Source: Rubrobacteraceae bacterium
Lineage (GTDB): Bacteria > Actinomycetota > Rubrobacteria > Rubrobacterales > Rubrobacteraceae
Reading direction: 5' to 3'
Length of the DNA: 64,000 nt
Assembly: GCA_030448125.1 (NCBI GenBank)
Contig: JAUJNO010000010.1
Coordinates: 4,472-68,471 of the forward strand
The position numbers and the translations under genes were made by a program. Under the pieces are notes generated by a model, which was not told the DNA's origin, did not search any database, and saw nothing but the letters and a program-made list of their open reading frames with translations. Below, piece after piece: positions 17,334 to 26,423 of the stretch (its first letter is position 1; each line of letters opens with the position of its first letter).

Positions 17334-18520
17334 GTGGATGTGAGCACGAACAAAGGCGTCGACAAGCGGGCGATGGCAGCCCTCTCCGCCGGGCATCTCT
17401 TCACGGACGTGAACCAGGGGGCCGTCGCCGCCCTTGTACCGTTCCTCGTCGCTGAACGCGGGCTCTCTCTGGCGGCCGCGGGCACGTTGGTGCTGGCGGC
17501 CACCCTAAGCTCCTCGATCGTGCAGCCGCTCTTCGGTTACTTCTCCGACCGGAAACCTCTGCCGTCTCTGATGCCGCTCGGCGTCATGCTCGGGGGGATC
17601 GGGATAGCGCTCGTCGGCGTCGCCCCGAGCTATCCCTTGATACTGCTATGTATCGTTCTCTCGGGGCTCGGCGTCGCGGCATTCCACCCCGAGAGCGCCC
17701 GCTTTGCCAACTACGTCTCGGGCGCGGACGCGCCCGCGGCATGAGCTTCTTCTCCGTCGGCGGCAACGCCGGCTTCGCCCTCGGACCCGTCATAACCACC
17801 CCGCTCGTCCTCTACTTCGGCCTCCCGGGCAGCCTGTTCCTGGCGCTCCCCGCCCTCCTCATGGGCCTCGTACTCTTCCACGAACTGCCCCGTCTGCTCG
17901 CGTTCCGGCCCGAGGCGGAGGAAGCGGTTGGGGAGAAGACGCCAGGGCGACGGAGCGCTGGGGGCCTTTCGTCCGTATGGTCGGTGTCGTCACCATGCGC
18001 TCGTTCGTGTACTTCGGGCTCGTCACGTTCGTGGCCGAATACTACATCCGGCTCCTCGGTTCCTCGCCGGCCCTGGCGAACGCGGCCCTCTCGGTGATGC
18101 TCTTCGCCGGCGCCGTGGGCACCCTCGTCCTGGGACCCGTGGCCGACCGTGTAGGTCGTCGCGCCGTGCTCGCGGGCTCGATGGTGCTTCTGGCCCCCCT
18201 GCTCTACGTTTTTACGCTCTCGGGGCCTTTGTCGGGGATGGTGATCCTCGCCCTCATCGGGGCGGCCACGGTAGGCACCTTCGGTGTCACGGTGGTGATG
18301 GGTCAGGAATACCTGCCCGGGAGGATCGGGGTCGCCGCCGGCATGACGATCGGCTTCTCCATCGGCATCGGTGGCTTGGGAGCCCCTCTCCTCGGCGCCG
18401 TCGCCGACAACTACGGCCTCACCGGCGATACTCGTGCTCGCCGCCCTGCCCCTGATCGGCCTCGTCCTCGCCCTCAGCCTGCCCCGCGGGCCCGAAGAGC
18501 CCTCGCGCTCCGGCGCTTAA
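17334..18520 (+). pseudogene. Fsr-like MFS transporter interrupted by three 1-nt frame shifts (or three base-calling errors)
   Basis: Consecutive conserved MFS segments lie in frames 3, 2, 1 and 2: HLFTDVNQG...FHPESARFANYVSG | RGRARGMSFFSVGGNAGFALGP... | ERWGPFVRM...GQEYLPGRIGVAAG...ADNYGLTG | ILVLAALPLIGLVLALSLP*. The breaks are near 17720, 17955 and 18426. Confidence 0.7.
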
Positions 18521-18620
18521 ACGCTGTGCATTCTGTGATAGAAGTACCTGTGATTGTTCTCTCTTCGAGTACCATAAACGGTGCAAGGCTCGTCTCTCGT
18601 AGGAAGGTTCCAAGCACCTT

Positions 18621-21600
18621 TTGAGGATTTTTTACTCTTTGGGCCGTCTGGTCTATCGGTATCGCTGGTTCGTCGTGCTCGTTTGGGGCACACTCCTCTT
18701 GTCGGGCGCCTTCTTCGCCCCGAACCTCTCCGATCGCCTTAAAGGCGGCGGCTTCGAGGGCGCGAACTCCGACGCCGAGAAGGTCCAGGACATCATGGCC
18801 GAGGAGTTCGATGCCTCGCCCTCGACTATCACCGTCGTTTTCGAGGGCGACGGGCTCGACGCCGAAGGCGCCGAGTTCCAGGAGGCGCAGGACGCGGCGC
18901 TCGACGAGGTCCGCGAGCTCGACGAGGTGAGCAGCATCGTCTCCTACTCAGAGACGCAAGACCCCCGGTTCCTCTCCGAGAGCGGCGAGAGGAGCTACGC
19001 GCTGATCAGCTTCGAGATCCCCATAGACCAGGCGCAGGGCCTCGCCGATGAGGTGCGGGGCAAGGTCCGCAACGAGGAGCTCACGACCTACGTCACCGGG
19101 GCGCCCGCCGTGTACCTGGATATCACCGAGGCGAGCAACGAGGACATCCGCCGGGCCGAGGAGTACGCCTTTCCCCTGGCGCTCGTGATCCTGGTGATCG
19201 CCTTCGGGAGCCTCGTGGCGGCGGGTGTACCGGTCCTGATCGGGGGCGCGAGCGTCGTCGTCACCCTGGCCGCCCTGTACTTCGTGGCCGGCATCTACGA
19301 CATGTCCACTTTTGTCTTGACGATCTCGACCATGCTCGGCCTGGGGCTGGGCATAGATTACGCGCTCTTCGCCGTGAGCCGCTTCCGCGAGGAGCTGGAG
19401 CAACACGCGGTCCCGGAGGCGGTCCCGCGTACGGTAGAGACGGCTGGGAGGAGCATCTTCTTCAGCGGCACTGCCGTGCTCATCGGCCTCACGGGTCTCC
19501 TGTTCTTCCCGTACATGTTCATGCGCTCCATAGGGGTCGCCGGCGCCCTCGTAGTCTTTGTCTCGGTGGCCGCCGCCCTGACGTTCCTGCCGGCGGTACT
19601 CGGCATCCTCGGCCACAAGATCAACGCCCTCTCCGTCCGTCGTCGCCGCGCCGAAGGAAACGTCTTCGGCGCGGGCCTCTGGGCGCGGAGCGCGCAGTTC
19701 GTGATGCGCCGCCCGCTGGCCGTGCTCTTCGTCGTCGGCGCCCTGCTCTTCACCCTCCTGTACCCGGCGATGCACATGAAGGTCGGCGTCCCCGAGGCGA
19801 GCGTGCTCCCGCAGAGGTACGAGTCGCGCGCCGGTGACGACATTCTGAAGGAGGACTTCGACTACGCTGGCCTGACCCCGATAGAGGTCGTCGCCGCCCT
19901 CCCCTACGACCCTTCGAGCCCCGAGGGGTTGGAGAAGGTCCGCGAGCTCGGCCAGCGCATCGGAGAGACGGAGAACGTCGAACGCGTCGAGAGCATCTAC
20001 ACCGTCGGCGAGGAAGCCGCCCGCGAGTACGCACAGAGCCTCGAGGAGGCACGCGAAGAGGCTGAGACCGAGGCGGCGAGGAGGGTGGACGAGGCCGTTA
20101 CCGGGGAGCTGAACGACCTGCGTGGGCGGTACGGAGCCGTGCCGCCGGGCGCGGAGGAGCGGGTGCGGACGGAGGCCGAGAGGCGCGCCGCCGAGGAGCT
20201 GGAGGGGCAGGTCCCCGGGATGCCGGAGGGCATAAGCGCCGACGGTACCGTGACCTCCGAGGGCGTGGCGAACGTGCTCGCGCTCCCGGAGGTTCGGGAG
20301 TCCGAGGAGATAGAGAGCGCCTTGAGCTTCTATGCGGCCGGGGACAGGGCGCTGCTGCGGGCGGTTACCGGGAGCAACCCGTACGTCGAGGAGGCACGGG
20401 CCACGGTGGGGGAGGTGCGGGCCGTCGAACCGCCCGAGGGGACGAGCTTCCTCGTCGGCGGGCTCCCCGCCGGGCAGAAGGACTTCATCTCGAACCTGTA
20501 CGGGAACGTGCCATACGCGGTCGCCTTCGTGCTCGGCGTGACCTACCTCGTGCTCTTCCTCACCTTCCGCTCCTTCTTCATCCCGTTGAAGGCCGTGATC
20601 GTCAACATCTTGAGCCTGACCGCGAGCTTCGGGGCGATGGTTTTCGTCTTTCAGGACGGCAACCTCTCCGGCATCCTCGGCTTCACGCCCCTGGGTTTCG
20701 TGGACGCGACGTTGCCGATCCTGATGTTCTGCACCATTTTCGGCGTCTCGATGGACTACGAGGTCTTTCTGCTCTCGCGCATCCGGGAGGCTTACGAGGA
20801 CGGCGAGTCGAACACCGCGAGCGTCGCGAAGGGACTCGTGGCGACCGCCGGCATCATCACCTCGGCTGCCGCCATCATCGTCGTCGTCACCGGAGCCTTC
20901 GCCTTCACCGGCATCATCACGACAAAGGCCGTGGGCCTCGGCCTGGCCGTCGCCGTCCTTGTGGACGCGACCATCATCCGGGTCCTTCTCGTCCCCGCGA
21001 CCATGCGCATCCTGGGCGACTGGAACTGGTGGCCCGGCGGCCGCAAAAAGAGCGTGTTCCGCGCCAGAGGAGAAGGGAGCTACCGGGCGACGAGAATCGC
21101 TCCGACGGTCGCCTTCATAGCCGCCGGCGTCTTCACCCTCACAGGCCTCGTCACGGCCGGAATCCTGGGTTTGGGACTGGCCGTAATCGTGCTCGCGAAC
21201 GCGGCTTTGATCTGCGCCTTGCTCCTCCCGATCATCATGCGAGCTTTCGGCGAACGCAACCGGCGTCCCGACGATGTAGAGAACGTGTTCGAGGCGCGGG
21301 GGACGGTCGGCGCACCGCCCGGAGATAAGCGCTCACCGGGAGACGGAGAAAGCGCTGCGGGTGAACAGCGGCGTGAGGACACACAGAACGTCGTCGCTCA
21401 GGTCGAATGGCAGGAGACTAGTGGTAACGGATATGCCGTGGGGGATCGTGCCGGGTGGGAAGGGCATAGCGCAGCCGGCCGCGAGCGCCAGAGCGCAAGA
21501 CCTCGCCCCGGTAGGGCCCACCTGGACAGCTTCCACCGTCTCGGTCGCGAGCTGCGTCAGACCTCGGGATCAGTCGACTATGAAAGGGCCGGACCAGAGA

Positions 21601-21668
21601 AGACCAGAGAAGGGAACGTATATCCTGAGCACTCCCTCTCACGAGAGGAGCGGGGACGCGAACTCTGA
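18621..21668 (+). CDS. MMPL-family (RND superfamily) membrane transporter with a long C-terminal extension
   Basis: Two 6-TM MMPL modules (GLGIDYALF, MDYEVFLLSRIRE), large extracytoplasmic loops, and the canonical end ...GDWNWWPG followed by about 210 extra residues. Confidence 0.85.
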   Translation: MRIFYSLGRLVYRYRWFVVLVWGTLLLSGAFFAPNLSDRLKGGGFEGANSDAEKVQDIMAEEFDASPSTITVVFEGDGLDAEGAEFQEAQDAALDEVRELDEVSSIVSYSETQDPRFLSESGERSYALISFEIPIDQAQGLADEVRGKVRNEELTTYVTGAPAVYLDITEASNEDIRRAEEYAFPLALVILVIAFGSLVAAGVPVLIGGASVVVTLAALYFVAGIYDMSTFVLTISTMLGLGLGIDYALFAVSRFREELEQHAVPEAVPRTVETAGRSIFFSGTAVLIGLTGLLFFPYMFMRSIGVAGALVVFVSVAAALTFLPAVLGILGHKINALSVRRRRAEGNVFGAGLWARSAQFVMRRPLAVLFVVGALLFTLLYPAMHMKVGVPEASVLPQRYESRAGDDILKEDFDYAGLTPIEVVAALPYDPSSPEGLEKVRELGQRIGETENVERVESIYTVGEEAAREYAQSLEEAREEAETEAARRVDEAVTGELNDLRGRYGAVPPGAEERVRTEAERRAAEELEGQVPGMPEGISADGTVTSEGVANVLALPEVRESEEIESALSFYAAGDRALLRAVTGSNPYVEEARATVGEVRAVEPPEGTSFLVGGLPAGQKDFISNLYGNVPYAVAFVLGVTYLVLFLTFRSFFIPLKAVIVNILSLTASFGAMVFVFQDGNLSGILGFTPLGFVDATLPILMFCTIFGVSMDYEVFLLSRIREAYEDGESNTASVAKGLVATAGIITSAAAIIVVVTGAFAFTGIITTKAVGLGLAVAVLVDATIIRVLLVPATMRILGDWNWWPGGRKKSVFRARGEGSYRATRIAPTVAFIAAGVFTLTGLVTAGILGLGLAVIVLANAALICALLLPIIMRAFGERNRRPDDVENVFEARGTVGAPPGDKRSPGDGESAAGEQRREDTQNVVAQVEWQETSGNGYAVGDRAGWEGHSAAGRERQSARPRPGRAHLDSFHRLGRELRQTSGSVDYERAGPEKTREGNVYPEHSLSREERGREL

Positions 21669-21702
21669 GATTCCTATGACGAGTACTCGGAGGTCTCCTG
21701 CT

Positions 21703-22082
21703 CTAGCCCCTTGCCGCTGTCGTGCCACCCCGTGAGGTCGAGGCTACCACGATGCTGAGCACACCCAGTACCAGGTGCAAGAGGTTGTCGAAGATGCTGT
21801 AACCGTGGGGAGCAGCCCGGACAAGGTAGGCAAGATGAAGCCGAGTACGCCTACCAGCAAGTAGACCACGCCCAGCACGAGGACCAGGCTCCGAGCAACC
21901 CCGGCGTCTACCCGCCCGAAGCCAACGTAGGCCAGAAGACCGCCCGTAAGTATATGAACGAGGTCCTCTACGATGTCTATGTTTATGACGCCTAGCAGAT
22001 CCTGGTCACCCAGCAATAACCCCAATATGCCTAGCAGGATCAAAACTATCCCGAGGATTTGCGCGTATTGCCGTAATGCCAC
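21703..22082 (-). pseudogene. DUF4383-type membrane protein with one frame break (or a homopolymer miscall)
   Basis: The first half carries INIDIVEDLVHILTGG. The second family repeat, HGYSIFDNLLHLVLGVLSIV, is readable only after a +1 shift at the run 21807-21810. Confidence 0.6.
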
Positions 22083-22215
22083 TTTATGGACTCCTTTCTT
22101 GTTGCTTCTCGAGTATTACGTCTGTTTAGGCACAACAGATCACACAACCCCGGCTCACGCCGCCTTTTTAAGAGCAATTCTTGATCCTGGTGTGCCGTCG
22201 GGCTACACTGTATGT

Positions 22216-22683
22216 GTGAGCGAACTCGAGCAATTACTCAGGAGCCGCGGATACCGGCTGACGAACCAGCGGCGTTCGATCGTGCGGGAGCTAGAGGGGA
22301 GCCGGCACCTCTCCGCGGAGGAGATCTACGACCGGGTCAAGGGCGGGTACCCGGAGCTCGGGTTATCCACGGTGTACCGGACGCTGGATCTCTTGCACGA
22401 GCTCGGGATCGTGCGCAAGGAGGACTTCGGGGAGGGGTACTCGCGCTACGAGTTCACGACCGAGCGGATGCACCACCACGCCCGTTGCAGGGAGTGCGGC
22501 ACGGTTATAGAGTTCAACGAGGAGCTCATGGAGTACCTGGCGCTGCAGGTCGAGCGCGAGACTGGCTTCGTCACGGACTGGCACGAGATCACACTACACG
22601 GCCGCTGTAAGGAGTGTTCTTCTTACCACGAAGGCCATAGACGGTCCAGGGCGGGCTCTTGTCCTTCGGGCACCCGCTCTTGA
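22216..22683 (+). CDS. Fur-family transcriptional regulator (second paralog)
   Basis: GTG 22216. NQRRSIVRELE...LSAEEIY, HHHARCRECG and HGRCKEC. The upstream part of the tracked ORF is not coding-like. Confidence 0.8.
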   Translation: MSELEQLLRSRGYRLTNQRRSIVRELEGSRHLSAEEIYDRVKGGYPELGLSTVYRTLDLLHELGIVRKEDFGEGYSRYEFTTERMHHHARCRECGTVIEFNEELMEYLALQVERETGFVTDWHEITLHGRCKECSSYHEGHRRSRAGSCPSGTRS

Positions 22684-22755
22684 GTACCCAGAGCGGTCGA
22701 GCTCTTCTTTTTGCTTGCGTCTCCTGAACGTTTAGCTTCAACCCGTCCTGAGCCA

Positions 22756-22956
22756 CTATCGCCTGTCCGGGTGGAAGTGGATGAAGAAGACACGCTCCAC
22801 GGCGAGCGGATCGAGTCCGGCGTGGAGCATCCCGCGCACGGCCTCGTTGCCGAGGTCGAAGAAGATGGTCTCGCCGCCCGTCCGCACTGCGACGCAGCTC
22901 TGGCGGCGCGAGACGCGCGGCACAACCGTGCCGCTGCCGGCTACCGTGATCTCCAA
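22756..22956 (-). pseudogene. N-terminal fragment of an MBL-fold (RNase Z/beta-lactamase-like) hydrolase
   Basis: MEITVAGSGTVVP......GGETIFFDLG...FIHFHPD ends within the HxHxDH motif at a stop. No continuation is found in any frame. Confidence 0.6.
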
Positions 22957-23573
22957 CCTCGACCTTCCTTCTTAAAGGCCCAAAGAACGGCGGCGGTCCC
23001 CAGCAATGCTCCTCCCACGACGTCCGACGCCCAATGCACCCCGAGGTATACCCGGCTCGCCAACAGCCCCAATAGCACCAACGCCACCCCAACGCGCAAC
23101 AGGCTGCTCCCGCTCAGAAGATAAACGGTCCCCAGCAGGATCGTGGAGCGGAGCGCGTGGCCGCTAGGGTACGGATACGAGTGCTCGACCGTCGCGAGTG
23201 GGACAAAGTCCTCCACCCGTCCGAAGCCCGATGGTATCGGCGGGACCGGCAAGAGTTGCTTGAGCAGGTACTCCACGAGACCGGTCGCCAGAAACGCGAG
23301 CAGCAGCCGCCCGGCGAGCCGCCTCCGGCCGCCCCCGTACAGCCCCGCCACGAGTGCGAGCAGGAGAGCCCCCGAAAGCTCCCAGCTGCCGGCAGCGGAG
23401 AGAGACTTGCCCACCGCGTCGAGCAACTCCGACGGCCGGCTCTGGACGGCGCGCATCAGAAAAACGTCCGGGCCGTAGAGCCATCCGGCCCCGGCCATAG
23501 CCGAGAACAGCACGAAAGCCACTCCGGAGAGCCAGACAAGAGAAAAGTCGCGTGTGCTCTTCAAGGTCCCCAT
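22941..23573 (-). CDS. PAP2-family phosphatase (membrane lipid phosphatase)
   Basis: PSGH and SRVYLGVHWASDVVGG acid-phosphatase motifs. Six hydrophobic segments. Confidence 0.8.
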   Translation of the reverse strand: MGTLKSTRDFSLVWLSGVAFVLFSAMAGAGWLYGPDVFLMRAVQSRPSELLDAVGKSLSAAGSWELSGALLLALVAGLYGGGRRRLAGRLLLAFLATGLVEYLLKQLLPVPPIPSGFGRVEDFVPLATVEHSYPYPSGHALRSTILLGTVYLLSGSSLLRVGVALVLLGLLASRVYLGVHWASDVVGGALLGTAAVLWAFKKEGRGWRSR

Positions 23574-23651
23574 AAATCTACCAAACCGGAAAAAGAGGAG
23601 GGACCGGGCGAGCCCGGTCCCTCGAAACGCGGCTTGTGGGCGGCGCTTTAC

Positions 23652-24539
23652 TTAAGCGACGGCGTCACGCAGGATACGGCCGTATTCGCCGCCCTTGAGG
23701 ATGCGCTCCGCCTCGCGCTGCAGCTGGCGCACCCGCTCGCGCGAGATCTCCAGCTCGTCCCCCAGCTCGGCGAGCGTGGCCGGATCCCGGTCGTCGAGTC
23801 CATACCGGCGGACCAGGACGTACCTCGCTCTCTCGGGCAGACGCTCTATCGCCTCCTTGAGGTGCTCGGTCTCCATCTCGCGCATGACCTCGCCCGGGGT
23901 GTCAGACGCCCGCTCGTCCTCGACGAAGTCCCCGAGCTGGGAAGAGGAGGCGTCGTCGGAGCCGACCGGCTGGTCGAGGCTCGTGGCGTCGGGCATCGCC
24001 TCCATCGTGAGCCGTACCTCATCGATGCTCCACCCGAGCCGCCCGGCGACCTCCTCCTCCGCCGGCTCCCGCTCGAGCTCCGCCGAGAGCTCGTTGTAGG
24101 CGCGGGAGACCTTCCGGATCTTCTCGGTCATGTGTACCGGTACCCGGATCGTGCGCCCCTTGTCCGCCACCGCACGCTGCACCGCCTGCCGAACCCACCA
24201 GGTCGCGTAGGTGGAGAAGCGGAAGCCCCGCTCGGGGTCGTACTTCTCCACGGCCTTCATAAGCCCTATGTTGCCCTCCTGGATGAGGTCCTCGAAGGGC
24301 AGCCCATAGCCGCGGTACTTCTTTGCCACCGAGACCACGAGCCTCAAGTTCTTCTCGATCAGACGCTGGCGGGCCCTCTTGTCTCCAGCCTTGGCGGCGT
24401 TGGAGAGTTCGATCTCTTCCGCGTGCGTGAGCAGGTTACCGCGCCCGATGTGGGCCAGATACCGTGCCAGAAGCTCCGGCGTCTCGCTTTCCCGCTCGGT
24501 CTTGGGGCTCTCGACCTTTCTCTGTGAATTCGTAGCCAT
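23652..24539 (-). CDS. RNA polymerase sigma factor, group 1/2 (principal-like sigma-70)
   Basis: Regions 1.2-4.2 are present: [72 protein letters not shown] lies upstream of the ATG. Confidence 0.9.
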   Translation of the reverse strand: MATNSQRKVESPKTERESETPELLARYLAHIGRGNLLTHAEEIELSNAAKAGDKRARQRLIEKNLRLVVSVAKKYRGYGLPFEDLIQEGNIGLMKAVEKYDPERGFRFSTYATWWVRQAVQRAVADKGRTIRVPVHMTEKIRKVSRAYNELSAELEREPAEEEVAGRLGWSIDEVRLTMEAMPDATSLDQPVGSDDASSSQLGDFVEDERASDTPGEVMREMETEHLKEAIERLPERARYVLVRRYGLDDRDPATLAELGDELEISRERVRQLQREAERILKGGEYGRILRDAVA

Positions 24540-24540
24540 T

Positions 24541-24733
24541 CGCCCTCCTGCAAAATCACAGTCTGAAACTAATTTTAGAAACTACTCTTGATTTATACCG
24601 ATTTTTCATCCGATTCAAACTACCTTTCATCGTTTATTTTCCAGCATTTTCGTGCTGTCAGGATATATACGCAGCGGGGTGCCAAGAAGTTTCGTCCCGG
24701 CGGAAGTCGGGCGGATCGGTTTATACTGGAGGC
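24541..24733. promoter_or_regulatory. AT-rich divergent promoter/regulatory region (sigma factor <-> GGDEF gene)
   Basis: Markedly AT-rich in a GC-rich context. Direct repeats GAAACTA (24565, 24578) and TTTCATC (24604, 24625). Minus strand: TTGAAT-15 nt-TATAAA. Plus strand: TATACT lies 6 nt before GTG 24734. Confidence 0.5.
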
Positions 24734-25666
24734 GTGAAAGACGTCGAAGGGATCGCGGAGGAGATCAGGGCCGGCGTGCCCGGGATATTGAGGAGTTGGC
24801 GGGACGTGAGGGGGAGCGCCGCCGACGACGAGGAATCCCACCCGGAGCTCGTGGAGGGCATGGGGAAGATCCTGGTCGTCTTCACGGAGTTCCTGCAGAG
24901 CCCGTCGCCGCTGGAGAAGTTCAGCCGCGAGGGGGCGACCCGGGCCCTGATCGAGGAGATCTCCGGCCGCCAGCACGAGTCGGGGCGAGACGCGGTCGAG
25001 GTCGTAGAGGATTACATGGCGCTCAGGCGTTGCGTGTGGCGCTTCGTCGAGGAGAGGGTGGACCTCTCGGCGTTCGACGGGGGCGAGGTGTCACGCTTCT
25101 TCGTCAAGCTCATGCAGGCCTCGGACTGGGCGACGGAGGCCGGGCTCCAGGCGTTCGATCACATAGTGCATCGGAATATGGAGAGTGCCCTGGGTCGGGC
25201 GGCGGCGACCGACCTCCTGACCGGTCTGCCGGATCGGGACCTCCTTGACCGGCGGCTCCTGCCCCGCGCGCTCCAGGAGCACGAACGGGTGGCGCTCGTG
25301 ATCTTCGACGTGGCGGGCTTCTCCGAGACCGTGGCGGCGGAGGGGGTCGCGTGGGCGCGGGAGGCGCTTCTGCGGCTCGCCGACGCCGTGAGGGAGGCCG
25401 CGCCGGATGAGGCCGTTCGCGCGCGGTTCGGGGATGACGAGGTCTGCGCTGTCCTACCCGGGATGAACGTCGAGGATGCCTACCGGCTGGCCGAGGAGGT
25501 GCTCGAGCGCCTGACGGAGGGCCCGGGAGATCTCCTGCGCGCCGACGCCGGGGTGGCCGGGTATCCCGAGCACGGAGAGAATGCCGGCGAACTCCTCGCC
25601 GCTGCGTTCAAAGCACTGAGCACGGCCAAACGCGTCGGCGGCAGCGGCATCGTCGCGGCGCGTTGA
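24734..25666 (+). CDS. RsbRD_N-like sensor domain fused to a degenerate GGDEF domain
   Basis: The C-terminal half has GGDEF-domain architecture (LTGLPDRDLL...ALVIFDV...), but the signature reads RFGDDEV instead of GGDEF/GGEEF. Confidence 0.7.
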   Translation: MKDVEGIAEEIRAGVPGILRSWRDVRGSAADDEESHPELVEGMGKILVVFTEFLQSPSPLEKFSREGATRALIEEISGRQHESGRDAVEVVEDYMALRRCVWRFVEERVDLSAFDGGEVSRFFVKLMQASDWATEAGLQAFDHIVHRNMESALGRAAATDLLTGLPDRDLLDRRLLPRALQEHERVALVIFDVAGFSETVAAEGVAWAREALLRLADAVREAAPDEAVRARFGDDEVCAVLPGMNVEDAYRLAEEVLERLTEGPGDLLRADAGVAGYPEHGENAGELLAAAFKALSTAKRVGGSGIVAAR

Positions 25667-25684
25667 CGAACGGGAGGGGTACGA

Positions 25685-26017
25685 ATGATCGCTGTCTTCA
25701 ATAGCCTGCCTGTAAAGGAGGGGGTCGCCGCGCAGGTGGTCGAGCGGTTCGCCAACAGCCGGGGGCACGTACAGGGGTTCCCGGGCTTCGTCTCGATGGA
25801 GGTTCTGAGCTCTGAAGATACCGAAGGGGAGGACGAGGTGCTGGTCATCACACGCTGGCAGAGCCAGGAAGCCTTCGATACCTGGGTGCAAAGCGAGGAG
25901 TTCAGACGGGCGCACGGGAGGGGAGGCGGCGGTGAGCTGTTGCGGGGGCACCCTCGGATGAGTACCTACGAGATCGCCGTCGAGCGCGACCCGGGACCGC
26001 CAAGCGAACACACCTGA
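25685..26017 (+). CDS. Antibiotic-biosynthesis-monooxygenase (ABM) fold protein, IsdG/MhuD-like
   Basis: 110 aa. N near the N-terminus (AVFNS), TRWQS and FRRAH resemble the Asn/Trp/His triad arrangement of IsdG-type heme-degrading enzymes. Confidence 0.65.
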   Translation: MIAVFNSLPVKEGVAAQVVERFANSRGHVQGFPGFVSMEVLSSEDTEGEDEVLVITRWQSQEAFDTWVQSEEFRRAHGRGGGGELLRGHPRMSTYEIAVERDPGPPSEHT

Positions 26018-26053
26018 CACGCCGCCGACCTCGATCGGCAACGGCCCGGAACG

Positions 26054-26233
26054 TCAGGCGAAGACGTTCGGGACGTAAGCCTTCGGCTCCTCCTTTTTCG
26101 GCGGCTGGTACTCGCCTTTGCCGAGCACCCCGAACGTGACCGCGATGAGCAGGATAAGTATGCCGACCATAAACATATACGCTATACGTTCCCGCACGCC
26201 GTCTCCCTCTTCGAAGGTTCCTTCGGAAGTCAT
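26054..26233 (-). CDS. Small single-TM protein (59 aa)
   Basis: Not in the ORF track (below 60 aa). MTSEGTFEEGDGVRERIAYMFMVGILILLIAVTFGVLGKGEYQPPKKEEPKAYVPNVFA. Clean hydrophobic core. Weak RBS. Confidence 0.4.
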   Translation of the reverse strand: MTSEGTFEEGDGVRERIAYMFMVGILILLIAVTFGVLGKGEYQPPKKEEPKAYVPNVFA

Positions 26234-26423
26234 TCTACCCCAACCCGCCCCGCCCCGACATCACCGTACCGGGCGTGATCGCCGTCTTATCACGCGATTC
26301 TCCGCGGGCTTTGGCGACGCTCGTGGTGTACGCTCGTAGTGTACAATGTTACTACTTGTAGCAGCTCTGTTTTTAGAGGGTTAATGGGGGCCGAGACTAT
26401 CGTCACACGCGGGGTGGGAGATT

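Noticed and set aside
23157-24527. 456-aa plus-strand ORF covering the sigma-factor locus
   Set aside because: It is antisense to an unmistakable sigma-70 gene. It is a typical high-GC shadow ORF with no motifs.
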